Notes: generated from the sequence alone by a model not told the origin. 63,701 nt of DNA, filler included, from Octopus bimaculoides (GCF_001194135.2; 6 parts of 6 records of this genome joined end to end with filler, not necessarily neighbours in it), one strand, 5' to 3'; positions 1 through 13,837 are shown, numbered from the whole stretch's first letter. Translations and numbers: made by a program.

Positions 1-39
1 ATATATATGTATATATATGTATATAAATATATATATGCA

Positions 40-70
<31 letters not shown>

Positions 71-96
71 ACACATATGTATATGTATATACACCT

Positions 97-128
<32 letters not shown>

Positions 129-727
129 GTATGTAAATATGCATGTATACATCCATATATAGAGATAGATATAGATGATATATACATATAGACATATAGA
201 TAGAGAAATATACATACACATACACATGTGCACACACACCCTCATAGACATACATCCACACATATATAGACACGCACACATATACACACGTACATATATC
301 AAGAGATCTGTTTTAAAATAATTTGTTTCCCTTCATCTGCAGATTATTATTTAAAAAATAAGGCTGAGGTTTAGTAATGAATAATAATTTAGAAATAGAG
401 AGATAAATAAAAGGTTAAGATATCAATGTATATTTCAAAAAAGAAAAAAAAAACCTGGAATATACACACATATATATATATATTTGTATGGGTGTAGTTA
501 TTTCATTTAACACTGGAAAAAATATGCATTATTTCATAATTCTATCTGAAGAGGTAAAAGTGAGGAAAAAAGAAGAGGTTTGAAACTTTTAAAATAATGT
601 TAATAGAATTTTTAAAAACATCATTTGTGTGCATGTGTGTTTATAAACACATGCATACACACATATACATACATATATATATATACCAATATATGTCTAT
701 ACATACACATATGCCTATACACACACA

Positions 728-826
<99 letters not shown>

Positions 827-1297
827 ATATACTCACATGCTTTTATTTATATATATATAAAGATATACTCACATACTTATATATATATATACGCACTAAC
901 ACATGCACTAACACACACACTAACACATGCAAACACAAATGCCCATAAACTCACAGACACATTACTATCATCATTTTATGAAACTAGTTTATCATGCAGT
1001 AATCATCTCATTATTATGCTATTATGAAATTTTGACAATTTGTCATCAGGATATCAAAAGGTTGGAGCATTTCCATTAAAAAAAAAGCTTCTCACCATCT
1101 TAAGCATCAAATAGGAGGAAAACATAACCTGCAATGAAAAAAAAAAAGACAGTAATGCATAGAGTCAACTATGATGAAACACCAGTGATGATTGTTGGGA
1201 CATATGGTAAGAATGAAGGAAAAGAGATTCCCTCATTAAATTGTTCTGTTTTAACAATGAATTTTTTCCAATTTTTTTTGTTTTTCTGATACATCGA

Positions 1298-1534
1298 TCA
1301 GGTTATTGTGCAAAAGATTGAGTAGTTTATAGACAGGCATTCTGTATCTGCAGAGACAATCTCAGTGTTAGAAGTTCTCCCTATGTAGAGGATTGCAATG
1401 TTTATGTGCTTCCTCATTTCAAACAGTACTGGTATACCTTCAATAGTGGGAACCTGATAGCCAGGATTATCTACATCAATCTCATATCCTTTTCTGATCA
1501 TTATCTTAAGCTGTGTAACAGTTAAATGTAACAA
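1298..1534 (-). pseudogene. Possible C-terminal remnant of the same Tigger-like transposase
   Basis: IDVDNPGYQVPTIEGI resembles the acidic DxDDPGYQxxTDEEI tail of Tigger/TIGD proteins. Same strand as, and downstream of, the DDE fragment. Confidence 0.3.
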
Positions 1535-2099
1535 GTAGGTGTGGGGTCACCAAATGTAATGGTATATATTGTAAATGGTAGACTGTGGAAAGTTGAGATG
1601 TTAAAGAAATGACTTGCTGAGAGGTGGCATGTTAAAGATTTTATTTAACTGTTATGAAGTTTCACAACTGCGATGAATTCAAGTTAGTTTTGATTAGAGA
1701 ATTTCATGTCACTGCTTATAGAAGACTATTACTTTGTTGTGTGGGAGAAGAAAGGTAAATCATTTTAACTGCATGAAACATCAGAAGGGAAAGAACAGAA
1801 AAAGAGAAGTTAACACTCTGAAAGTTGCAGAGAAAATACAGTATTTATCAACAAATATCTCAATACATAACTGTGCTAAAGTCAAACCAAATTATTTACA
1901 ATGGAAGAGAATGAGCTTATCTAGATACAACTTTGTATCACCTAGACTGGTGGCGAATTTGGCAGATTGAACAAGCAAATTCTAAGTGCAAATTCTGAGA
2001 ACAGAAAGAAACTAACGTAAAGATAGAGATTGGTTATGAATCCAGTCTCCATTTGTTACAGTTGTTCTTCAGCTGATGGCAATAACAAAGATCCTTGAA

Positions 2100-2480
2100 A
2101 ATTCAGGTTCAAAATCAGTTTCAACATTATTCAACATTATTCAACTCACTCCAAGCATCTGCAAAGTTAAAAAGTGAACATTTAATGTTGTAGGCTAATA
2201 GATTTTGAAGACTTTTGTTCCTTCCCCTTCTATCTTCTCTATCTTCTTAGTTCTACAATATGACTATTACTTCAAAAAATTCTTATACAGCCTCTTACAG
2301 ATAACAATTATTTCCTGCTCTATTGGTTGAATAACAGAACATTTGTTAGGAAGCAAAATATAAAGATCATTTAATCTGCTGCCTCTACTACCTTGCCAGC
2401 ATCAGTGTGAGCAAAGGCATTGTCAAGAAGCAACATCTTTAGATGTGGAGAGGAAATTTCCAGACATTTGTTTCAGAACC
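2100..2480 (-). pseudogene. Decayed pogo/Tigger-family DDE transposase fragment
   Basis: Minus strand encodes LLLDNAFAH, then LLPNKCSVIQPIEQEIIVICKRLYK and YNIKCSLFNFADAWSEL. These match the pogo/Tigger motifs LLxDNAPAH, LPPNTTSxxQPLDQGII and AW. Stops and frameshifts are present. Confidence 0.8.
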
Positions 2481-3404
2481 ATTAACAATGAGGTTAAGGA
2501 GCCAGAAACAAACAAATACATTCACACACATTATATATAGTGACTTGGTACTGTTGTAATGCCACCAGCCACATAATTCTCACTGTCCTGCTTAATTAAT
2601 TGTAATGATGTCATCAATTCGATTAATGGTTTCATTATTATGAGTGGTTCAAAATGATCGTGCATTCAGCTTGTCACTGTTCTTTTTCTTCTTTTCCTTG
2701 ATATCTTATTGGTCGTTGTTCAATCACAAATTAACATTTGGAGTAAAATATTTGAATCGTATCTTGAAGCCTCTTTATTCACCCAACCAACGATAAATAG
2801 AGATCATGTCTGTCTAGTAGAGAACCATACAATCACCATCCATTTTCTCACTCTATTTTTTTATATATTTCGCATTCAAACACATTCAAACACATACAAA
2901 AACTCTAATGAAAAAAAAAACAACCTTTCTACGTTGATTCAAGTATTTCTCTCCAAATTCTTTCCAACACACTTTTCTCTTAACGAAAAATTTTACCTGC
3001 CACACAAATTTTTACTTTTCTCTTTGAAATTCTATTCGCCTGGACATTTTATCTCTGATGTTCCTTACCTGACACATTTAACTGTGTTCAGTCTTATTTA
3101 CGTCTATGGCCAGTTTTTAGATTATATCACAATGACCGTTACATTCAACTAAAATTACGAAACATTCACACACTAACGAAAATGTTTAAGATAAGGTCCC
3201 AGTTAGGCGGCGTTTTGGTTCTCTAATAGAGAGACTAAAATCTTCTATCTATTGACAGAAGAAAGAGGCCTCAGGATTTTAGTCGAATATTTTGCGCCGA
3301 AAGTTAATCTGTGTTTAGAATGGTGAACCACGACCAATGAAAATTCAAAGAAAAAACAGCATTGGCAAGCTGAATGTACGGTCATGTTTTAGCTACTCTT
3401 TTTT

Positions 3405-3940
3405 CTACTATAGGCACAAGACCAGAAATTTTGAAGAAGAGGGCAAGTCGATTGATCCAGTGCTAAGCTGATACTTATTTCATTGACTCCGAGAGAATGA
3501 AAGGCAAAGTCGACCTCGGTGGCTCACCGCTCATAATAACAGCAGTCGAACTGATGACTTTATTACAATTACTTTTGGTACAAGGCAGCAGTTTCGGGGG
3601 AGGGAGAAGTCGATTACATCGATCCCAGTGCTCAACTGGTACTTATTTTATCGACCCCGAGAGGATGAAAGGCAAAGTCGCCCTCGCTGGTAACGATTCT
3701 GCCAGCTCATCATCCGGCGCGATAACAATTCCACCAGTTCACCGCCTCCTTTCTACTAAAGGCACACGGACTGGATTTTGTGGAGAAGGGGACAGTCGAT
3801 CACATCAACCCTAGTACTCAACTGATACTTATTTTATCGAACCCGAAAGGATGAAAGACAAAGTCGCCCTCGGCGGTAACGATTCTGCCTGCTCACTGCT
3901 CGGTGCGGTAACTATTCAAGCAGTTCGCCGCCTTAAAGTA

Positions 3941-3995
<55 letters not shown>

Positions 3996-4190
3996 GTTTC
4001 AAATTTTTCCACAAGGGCAGCCATTTTGGGGAGGGGATAAAAATATTACATCGATTCCAGTGTTTCACTGGTACTCAGTTTATCGACTCCGAAAGGATGA
4101 AAGGCAAAGTCGACCTCGGCGGAATTTGAACTCAGAACGTGAACACAGGCGAAATACCACTAAGCATTTGGCCCGCCGTTTACCACCAGG
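3405..4190 (-). mobile_element. Tandem chain of four tRNA-derived SINE copies (octopus OK/OR-type; family name not verified)
   Basis: Four repeats of the block 'ttatcgaccccga(a/g)aggatgaaaggcaaagtcgacctcgg' at about 3480, 3645, 3830 and 4080, all in the same orientation. The last copy retains the B-box region. Confidence 0.85.
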
Positions 4191-4568
4191 ACGAAGGTCA
4201 TATTTTGGGCTACGGCAAATTAACCCCATTCTTAAAGATAAATCATCCATTATCTTCATAATTGGTCATATCTCCGATCGTCATCAAATGTCTTATTCTT
4301 GCCACACTAACAACTTCCTTTCAATACTGCTGATCTTGAGTCGATATTATAACCAACTATTAATTATTAGATTAGTGTAAACAATCAAGTGCAATGTGAG
4401 AAATTGACTCGACCAAAATAAAATATATTGAGTACTCGTTTTATCGACCGTCAACACTAAACGGATGTCTGTATATAATATATAAGTGTATAATATATAA
4501 GTATGTATATACGCACATATATATGCATACACATAAATATATAATCTATATATAAATATATATATATA

Positions 4569-4807
4569 TTATTCTTTTATTTGTTTCAGTCATTTGACTG
4601 TGGCCATGCTGGNNNNNNNNNNGTCATTTGACTGTGGCCATACTGGAGCACTGCCTTTAGTCGAACAAATCGACCCCAGGTCTTATTCTTCGTATGCCTA
4701 ACACTTATTCTATTGGTCACTTTTGCTGAACCGCTAAGTAACAGGGATGTAGACATACCAACATCAGCTTTCAAGTGATGTTGGGGGTACAAACACAGAC
4801 ATGCGCG

Positions 4808-4840
<33 letters not shown>

Positions 4841-4971
4841 GACGGGCTTCTTTCAGTTTCTGTCTACCAAATCTACTTACAAGGCTTTGGTCAGCCCAAG
4901 GTTATAGTAGAAGACCCTTGCCCAAGGTGCCATGCAATGGGACTGAAGCTACTTCCCCACACAGCCACGCC
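4569..4971 (-). mobile_element. tRNA-headed SINE with CORE-like segment and internal (CA/TA)n (second SINE family)
   Basis: Homologous to the copies at 45937-46340 and 57876-58320. On the minus strand it reads head 'ggcgtggctgtgtgg', then 'gcaccttgggcaag', a microsatellite, and the tail 'gactgaaacaaataaaagaataa'. Confidence 0.85.
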
Positions 4972-5247
4972 TGCACCTAAATATATATATATATATAGTC
5001 AGTCAATTCAAAGATGTTAAATCCTCATTAGGGATTATGTAATCCAAAAATTCCACTGGTTAATCATTATCATATATACGGAGAAAGTCTTGACAGTATT
5101 TTAGGGATTATTGTAGTACTACATAATATAAATATTGAAAGAAAGAAAATGGAGAAATATGGATGTATGAAGAATTTTTTTGTGTGATCATACAAATAAA
5201 TTGTTCATACATCCATATTTATCCATTTTCTTTCCTTCAGTATATAT

Positions 5248-5484
5248 CATCATCATCATCATCGTTTAACGTCCACTTTCCATGCTAGCATGGGTTAGAT
5301 GATTTGATTAAAGACTGGCAAGCCAGAAGGCTGCACCAGGCTCCAATCTGATCTGGCAGAGACTCTACAGCTGGATGCCCTTCCTAACGTCAACCACTCT
5401 GAGAGTGTAGTGGGTGCTTTTACGTGCCACGAGAGCCAGTCACATGGTACTGGCAACAGCCATGCTCAAAATGGTGTTTTTTAC
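5248..5484 (-). mobile_element. Short retroelement fragment with an (ATG)n tail of RTE/L2-like style
   Basis: Minus strand ends 'ggaaagtggacgttaaacgatgatgatgatg'. Truncated by a gap. Confidence 0.55.
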
Positions 5485-5867
5485 NNNNNNNNNNGTATGT
5501 ATGTATGTATGTATGTATGTATGTATGTATGTATGTATTTAAACGTCTAGTTTTTATTTAATCAACCGTGAAAAGATGAAAGGCACATTTGTCCTCAGTA
5601 GGATTTAAATCCAAACATAAATGGACTTGATGAAATACCACAAATCATTTACTCCACTATTTCACCATTTCTGCCATTCCATCAAATGTGTATTTCATTT
5701 CCTCTGGAGTAATCTAATTAAAGTTATTATAGTTATGTATATCAGACATTTAATTGCATTAGTAAAGGACTAACTTATAAAATTACACTTCAGATAAAAT
5801 TTCAGCTACATTTCAGAGATTAGCAATGACACACACACACACATACACACACACATCACAGACACAT

Positions 5868-5909
<42 letters not shown>

Positions 5910-5964
5910 GTACACACACAGACACACACATTTATACATGAATAAAAATATGTATGTGTATATG

Positions 5965-6004
<40 letters not shown>

Positions 6005-6094
6005 TATATACATATGTATGTCTGTACGTATGTATACATATATATGTGTGAGCATTGTATGTCTGTCTGTATGTATGTATGTATGTATGTATGT

Positions 6095-6720
6095 ATGGGG
6101 TTGGTCAAAATGTCCGTTCAGTTTTTCTAAGCGAAAATAAGACACAAAGCGATCTATTCAATCGATGATGTAATTACCGTTTAGTTCCAGTATTTACTAC
6201 CATCCTGTAAAGCAATCCCTAATTCCTTGCTCAAAGAATTCCCTGTTATTTCCGGCGATAAACTCTTCCAGGTGAATCTTTGTATCCTCTTCAGAGTTGA
6301 AGTTATGTCCACTCAATGCATTTTGAAAAGACCGAAACAAGTAGAAATCTGAAAGCGCAAGGTTGGACGAATGCAGAAGGTGTTACAAAACTTCCCAGTT
6401 AAATCCCACTGACTTCTGTCGTGTCTGCAAAGTAGTGTGCTGTTTAGCTTTGTCCTCATGAAAACAAATTGCTCTTACTGTTGGCAAATACTAAACACTT
6501 CAGGTGGATCACTACATTTAATTTGGTCAACTTGTCACAGTACACGTCCGAATTGAAGGTCCTGTCCGTGGAAAGAAGCTCGTAAAAGACAATGCATATC
6601 TTACAGCAGGTTTTTGTACCACCTTCTTGCTCTTTTTTTTTAAATATAAAAGCATGAGGTGTCGATAACTTTTATTTTGGTTCTACATTTACAGTGATCC
6701 GAAGCACGCAAAATTCAGTC
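6095..6720 (-). mobile_element. Internally deleted mariner element (one TIR, N-terminal and C-terminal transposase remnants)
   Basis: TIR-like 'tatggggttggtcaaaatgtccgttcagttttt' at about 6094. Minus strand gives HEDKAKQH...HSSNLALSDFYLFRSFQNALSGHNFNSEED...W..ILELNGNYIID*, matching mariner HDNARPH / PYSPDLAPSDY, and RHLMLLY near 6660. Confidence 0.85.
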
Positions 6721-6736
6721 TGTCTCATCTGTCATG

Positions 6737-7031
<295 letters not shown>

Positions 7032-7110
7032 TTTGTTTTGGGGGTTTTGTAAATGCACCTGAATCTCAAAACGTGTAGTCGTTTTTAAATTTTGTAATAG
7101 ATTTATTCAC

Positions 7111-7153
7111 ATACCAAACCGGTTTCGACAATTTTTTTGCTTATCAACAGTAC
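7111..7153 (-). ncRNA. Minimal type I hammerhead-like motif with U3-A8 core variant (PLE pLTR-like)
   Basis: Minus strand: gtactg-TTGATAA-gcaaaaaaattgtc-GAA-ACCGGT-T-tggtat, followed by AATAAA. Helix III is palindromic, helix II is imperfect and helix I is wobble-rich. Confidence 0.45.
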
Positions 7154-8611
7154 AAATATATAAGTAAAGGATTTAGGAGAGCTGAAAGTGACTAGGTAAA
7201 AATTGGACAAACATGTTTACAGAAGCAAATGTTCCAATGTTCACAGAAATTTCAGTGAGTTTCCCCGTGAGAGATAGTAATATCAATGAACATGTTTGGT
7301 GAAGATCATAACAAATGCACATTACTGAAAGTTCAGTCATATTGAGTCTTTATATATAAAGAAAAAGTAGAGAGGAAAGAGAAGGTGGAGAGAAAGGTCT
7401 TTTTATAATTTCTGTCGTGGGGCGTGTAGTTCTTTTTTCAATCTCAGTCTCAATGCACTGGTTTCTTCCCAGATGTTGAAGTTCCGCCGGTTCTCGAAAT
7501 TTGTTTAACCCTCTGAACTCGGAAAGTGGATATATCCGCTCGAAATTTTATTACTGTTAAGTGCAGAAAGGGATTTTACCATTAACGGCTTTGAAAGAAA
7601 CCTTTCCTTTTGCTGCAAAAAGCGGAAACATGCCCGCCAGTAACACTTTTTAAAAAAGACAATTTTTCAGATTTTCTTAATCTTTTAACATATTTCATCA
7701 AATATCTCTTTACAGAGCAAGAATTAAATACTTTCAGGGTTGGATATGAAAACCATACCTGCAGGAGATACTGAAATAATTTTTTCGTTTGTTTTTGTTT
7801 CGTATCATTTTGATTTTTGTTGACTATTTTTTGGTGGGTAATTAACATCATTGCCGGAATGACCGAAAAAATTATATTGATGTTTGTATAGTTTTGTATA
7901 ATGTCATTTTAATTGATACTGTTGTTTATATACCCATTAGTCTAGTCATGACTATCTAGCATATTGTATATCGGAAACAACGTAATCCGATGAATTCATT
8001 ATTTTATTTAGGACGGTACAATGTAATTGAGTGTAGATTGGTTGTTATTTCTACCAGTCATTCTAATCCCACAGGGCAAAGCGTTTTCTATTATAGACTT
8101 CGGTTGAGCAATATTACGAAAGTGAAATTTGGTAGACAGAAATTGAGCAAAAGCCTGACGTCGCTTTATAAATACATATATACGCGTGCACGCGTGTGTG
8201 TATGTGTGTGTTGTTTGTGTTGTGTGTAAGTGTGTGTATGTGTGTGTGTTGTGTGTGTTGCGCGCACGCGTGTTCGGTGTTTCTTATTGATAAAGTCTAA
8301 AGAGCTAGAAACATCGATATTTGGGAATCCAACAGAGGGAAGCACTGGACAGATATGGTGTTTTTACACCTTTATTATCATAAGAGAGAATTTCTTTCTC
8401 CACGGTATCTGCAGTAAATTTGCCTTTAGCCGTAGAAATATGTCACAAACATATTTTTAACTAACCTAAAGTTCGCTTTTGCCTAAACACTGCTTGGCGC
8501 TGATATGACTATAATTTTCACGACCTTGCGGCCTACTGGAGCAAATCAGTCAATGCTGTTGACTATATTTTAGTTAAAGCCACATCTTTAATTTTATATA
8601 TACAGAGAAAT

Positions 8612-8670
<59 letters not shown>

Positions 8671-9194
8671 GATATAGAGAGAGACATGTACTCACGCGTG
8701 CGTGCAATTGTGTGTGTTTATGTCGTATCGCTATGTGTATCGTAACTTACTGGTACAATACAAAGCGATCGCTAAAATAAGTACCAGACTTAACTAAGTG
8801 ATTGGATTGATACCAAAGTCTCAGTCTAGCGAGCTACCAATAAAAGAATATAAGTGTATGAATATATATGCCAAAGCAAAATATTAAAATGTAAACACAA
8901 CACACACATAATATATATAGACAGATTGATATATATATATATATANNNNNNNNNNNNNNNNNNNNNNNNNNNNNNNNNNNNNNNNNNNNNNNNNNNNNNN
9001 NNNNNNNNNNNNNNNNNNNNNNNNNNNNNNNNNNNNNNNNNNNNNNNNNNNNNNNNNNNNNNNNNNNNNNNNNNNNNNNNNNNNNNNNNNNNNNNNNNNN
9101 NNNNNNNNNNNNNNNNNNNNNNNNNNNNNNNNNNNNNNNNNNNNNNNNNNNNNNNNNNNNNNNNNNNNNNNNNNNNNNNNNNNNNNNNNNNNNN

Positions 9195-9226
<32 letters not shown>

Positions 9227-9252
9227 GTACATACATACATACATACATACGT

Positions 9253-9645
9253 AACGCCAAAACAACTGGATTAATATACCGCAAAGAAGATCTGAATGTG
9301 AAATGCTGAGCGTGCCAAAAAACGACTATGCATGGGTATGTTTTCCGAAGACTTGAAGTGCAGCCTCCCTTGGACTGGTGACTGCTACATCACATCACAC
9401 TTCGAAGGCTCCGGATTTGCAATCCATAAATAGGAGATTACTACAAAACAACTAGTAAACGAAACAGGCAATGAAGCTCTCGGTGTCCCGAAATGCAACC
9501 CAAAACGTAGATTATGTCATAGTTTTGAGGAAGACATCACACACGTGATTAGCAACTGCCTAAAAATTTCATCAAGTTATTACCTCCCTATGCGACACGA
9601 CGTTATCGCAAAAACAATATACGATGCCATTCAAAAACAAAGTGT
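9253..9645 (+). mobile_element. R4/Dong-like non-LTR retrotransposon fragment (post-RT region with CCHC knuckle)
   Basis: Translation ...TMHGYVFRR...EITTKQLV...RRLCHSFEEDITHVISNCLKISSSYYLPMRHDVIAKTIYDAI matches CRxC...HIxSxC...RHD of RLE-type LINEs. Confidence 0.8.
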
Positions 9646-10223
9646 CCTCTCTCTCCCTGTCTGTCTCTCCTCCTCTCTATATTTCTCTCCCTCTTTCTCT
9701 CTCTCTTTCTTTCTTCCTTCTTTTTCCAATTTTTTTCACTTCTCTGACATAGAACATTTAGTCTCAAACGTAACATATGCTTTAACCTTCTCCATTTCAT
9801 CCTAAAACTAATATGTATCTTCTTTGAACGTCTGTGATTCTGAGTTCCACGTTTTAGTGATCCTCAAGCAATAGCAGCATTGAATTAACTTTAAAATCTA
9901 TACTATAATTAAATATAAAACTCACCACCAAGGGGTCTGGCTCCTCATTCAAAGGGAAAACTGGGAGTACAAGTCACATATTAACCTCGATAATAAGGAT
10001 AAACTTCTATTCAACTAGCCTATAGGATGAAGATTTAAACTTCTCTTTTCATATGAAATTCAATCCAGTCTCTACATATGTTAACAACACAAACTTTTTC
10101 GAATTGCTTAGAGTATATAAATAGTATATATGCATTGGTGCATATGTGTATATATATGTATACAGAGATGTGTGAGCGTGTGAGTAAATGCAAATGTAAT
10201 GTGCATGTGATGGGGTGATTAAT

Positions 10224-10455
10224 GAGAGATGGAAGATGGAAGATACGAGTGTCTTACTAATCACTACAGTTGTTTCGACCCAGCTAGCATCATTCCCTCG
10301 TGGACGGAATACTATACAACTGGTTTAGATGTATCCCTCGATGAAGATGTGTCTCCTTAGATGATTTCAAGAGGTATATCGTTAAGATAAATTAGATCGG
10401 TCGAAACAGTTGTAGTGATTAATAAAGTTTCTCGTATCTTCAGCTTCCGTCTCTC
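10224..10455. repeat. 57-bp inverted repeat pair with GAAAC/helix-III-like motifs (degenerate PLE pLTR)
   Basis: 10224-10280 is the reverse complement of 10399-10455. The inner 23 bp have 2 mismatches. The right arm reads ggtcGAAACAGTTGTA...AATAAA. Confidence 0.6.
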
Positions 10456-10764
10456 GTTATTCAAATACCCAACGAACACTGAGCCAGAGAACGTGCTTTC
10501 GCGGCAAAATACCAGGTGTACCCCATACAATTTATTAATTAATAATATATATATAATGATTACCGTCACTTAAACATGGCTGTTCCGTAGCAACCAAGGT
10601 TACTACCATTTTCAAGCCCAGGAGGACACCTCTTCCAGCTGGTTATTCGATGCAGTCTGCAACCGATATATACTGCAAGCAGGGGAGTGAACCTTTACCG
10701 TCTTCCAGCCACGAGACCACCAGACCCTACGGTGTCAACCTCTTTGTGGTCGTCCTCGGTGGAA

Positions 10765-10880
10765 GAGAGGTATATGAACAACAAGCAGGTGCATTAGTTT
10801 GACGCTCGGGAAAATAAGAAAGTCTTTTACGTTTCGAGCCTACGCCCCTCAACAGAAAGGAATATGAGGAAATAAAGAGA
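10765..10880 (-). mobile_element. Short HHR-like element family A, copy 1
   Basis: Minus strand: cttt-CTGTTGA-g-gggc-gtag-gctc-GAA-ACGT-A-aaag (10824-10859), followed by 'cccgagcgtcaaactaatgc'. Confidence 0.7.
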
Positions 10881-13379
10881 GAGAATAGTGACTGCAGTGA
10901 TATACATACATACATANNNNNNNNNNNNNNNNNNNNNNNNNNNNNNNNNNNNNNNNNNNNNNNNNNNNNNNNNNNNNNNNNNNNNNNNNNNNNNNNNNNN
11001 NNNNNNNNNNNNNNNNNNNNNNNNNNNNNNNNNNNNNNNNNNNNNNNNNNNNNNNNNNNNNNNNNNNNNNNNNNNNNNNNNNNNNNNNNNNNNNNNNNNN
11101 NNNNNNNNNNNNNNNNNNNNNNNNNNNNNNNNNNNNNNNNNNNNNNNNNNNNNNNNNNNNNNNNNNNNNNNNNNNNNNNNNNNNNNNNNNNNNNNNNNNN
11201 NNNNNNNNNNNNNNNNNNNNNNNNNNNNNNNNNNNNNNNNNNNNNNNNNNNNNNNNNNNNNNNNNNNNNNNNNNNNNNNNNNNNNNNNNNNNNNNNNNNN
11301 NNNNNNNNNNNNNNNNNNNNNNNNNNNNNNNNNNNNNNNNNNNNNNNNNNNNNNNNNNNNNNNNNNNNNNNNNNNNNNNNNNNNNNNNNNNNNNNNNNNN
11401 NNNNNNNNNNNNNNNNNNNNNNNNNNNNNNNNNNNNNNNNNNNNNNNNNNNNNNNNNNNNNNNNNNNNNNNNNNNNNNNNNNNNNNNNNNNNNNNNNNNN
11501 NNNNNNNNNNNNNNNNNNNNNNNNNNNNNNNNNNNNNNNNNNNNNNNNNNNNNNNNNNNNNNNNNNNNNNNNNNNNNNNNNNNNNNNNNNNNNNNNNNNN
11601 NNNNNNNNNNNNNNNNNNNNNNNNNNNNNNNNNATATATATATATATATATATATATAAAGAGAAAGGGAGACAGAGTGATAGATGCGTGTAAATATATA
11701 TACATATATATATATCCCATTTTCTGTATTTATATAGACATGTATGTGTGTGTATGTATGTATATATATATGCATTTATATTCACACACACACAAATGCT
11801 CACACACATATACGGGGATATATATATGTATGTATGTATATAAACACACATAGGTCCATACATACATAAATACACGTGCACACACTCACATACATACATA
11901 CATACATAATACATACATACATACACACACACACATACGTACATACATACATACATACATACATACTTACATACATACATACATACATATTGGAGTAAGA
12001 GAGAGAGAGAGAAAAGACAGAAATTGCTTTGCACTACTGGTGTCATGTCTTATCGCGTTATTCATTGTACACAATAATTAAAACATAATACAATAAACAA
12101 CATTGAATAGGAGGAAAGGACATAAGAGAAATGTAGTAAGTTAAAGTAATGTGTTAATATTATTTGTCTGTGTACATATGTATACATATATGTAGGTGTC
12201 TGTGTGTGTGTGCGTGTGCACGAAAGCATAAGTCTATTGTCTATAAATCTTTTGTTTGTGTTTTCAACTATATGGCATTGTGTTTTTTTAATAATACCCT
12301 TTAGTCTGATGAATAATCACATCATTAGCAATGTTTGTCGTTGCAATGTTTACATTATGTTATCTTACAAGACACACAGACATAACTTTCATTTATATCC
12401 AAAATGAAATAAAAGAAATCAAGCTAAATCCAAAGTAGTGGACAGATAGTTAAAATTTGTTGTTTAGCTACAGAGCCGTTCTCATTGAGCAAACACCTAT
12501 GATCAAACGGATTCCGGCCATGACCAATCCATCTTTTGTCAGCTGGTGTCCACTCATATAATGACATAGAATGTGAATAACCCGGGGCAACCCTTGTGTT
12601 TGTCACCCCTCTCCACTCCTCTACCCTTGATACAATTTTATGCAATACAGCAAACCCAAAAGCGGTGCCACCAGAAAAGCGTCGTGTCCCTAGCTATGCC
12701 ACTGTATTCATAACTATGTTAACCGATGCGTCACTCTTTTGATTTAAGGGAATATGGCCATATTCGTAGTGAGCTGTGTGACCGCATACAGACTACACCC
12801 CACCCAACAGAGCTATATTTAGACTTTATGAAGCCCGAAACTATATGAAGGTCCTTGTGAAGCAATATTATATCATAAGACATCAAAATAAAAACTTAAG
12901 ATATATGCTTTCTAACTATTAAGCGAACTTTGCATACTGTAAGGCCCTGAAATGTAGCTTATTAAAATCCTTTTTAGTGACTTTGTCTCTATTTGTCGTT
13001 TCTTTCAACACTGTTACTTGATTCTTGGATGCCTTCAGGTATAAAATGTTATAAGTATTTCTCCAAGTTAAGTCTCCCATCTAAGAGTAACTACCTCCTG
13101 CTAACCTTAAGGGCCCAGGGTAAATGTCTTGAGTACTGCCCTTTCACCGCATACTGGCTCGATACCTCATTCTCATGCTCTCAACTGTCTCCGAGGTTCT
13201 CAAAAGGGTTATATGTCCTGTCCTTCTTCCTCTGACTAATCAATAAAAAAAATTATCATCACCACGAATATCATCATCCTCGATCTTCATCATCATAGCT
13301 ATTATTATTATTATCATCACTCTCGCGATGATTACTCCGACAACCACTGATGAGTCAGTGAGAAATCGTTCCGTGGTCA

Positions 13380-13525
13380 ATCACTAACGCTGCAAGAAAT
13401 AGCAGCCAAATGCCCTTGCATCAATATCGTCCTCGTTATACAGACTTACAGCACGGTCGCAGCTGGAACGCTTTTCCCTATATTTGCTCAGTCAAGTGCA
13501 ACTCAGGGCTAAACAACATCAACCT
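13380..13525 (+). mobile_element. SINE-like repeat with 'gggctaaacaac' tail; opposite-strand remnant near 12455-12560
   Basis: 'gcaagaaatagcagccaaat...cagggctaaacaacatcaac'. The tail complement 'ttgttgtttagc' occurs at 12457. Confidence 0.45.
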
Positions 13526-13776
13526 TATCACCACCACCACTATCACCACTACCACCACCACCACCACCACCTCCATTTCTCCTCCTCTTCCCCATCATCA
13601 TCATCAGCAGCAGCAGCATCTCAAACATCTATGAAAATGTACTGAATCAAATGCACAAACATGCAAAATATACAGGATTAGAAGCTTGTTTTTTTCTTTC
13701 TTTTTACTTTATGCTCAGTCCAAAACCAGTAGATTGCTGCATTCATTTTACCGCCATTAAAAATCTGTCGCCAAGC

Positions 13777-13837
<61 letters not shown>

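Noticed and set aside
7505-7560. TTAACCCT piggyBac-like terminus
   Set aside because: I found no partner TIR and no transposase motif.
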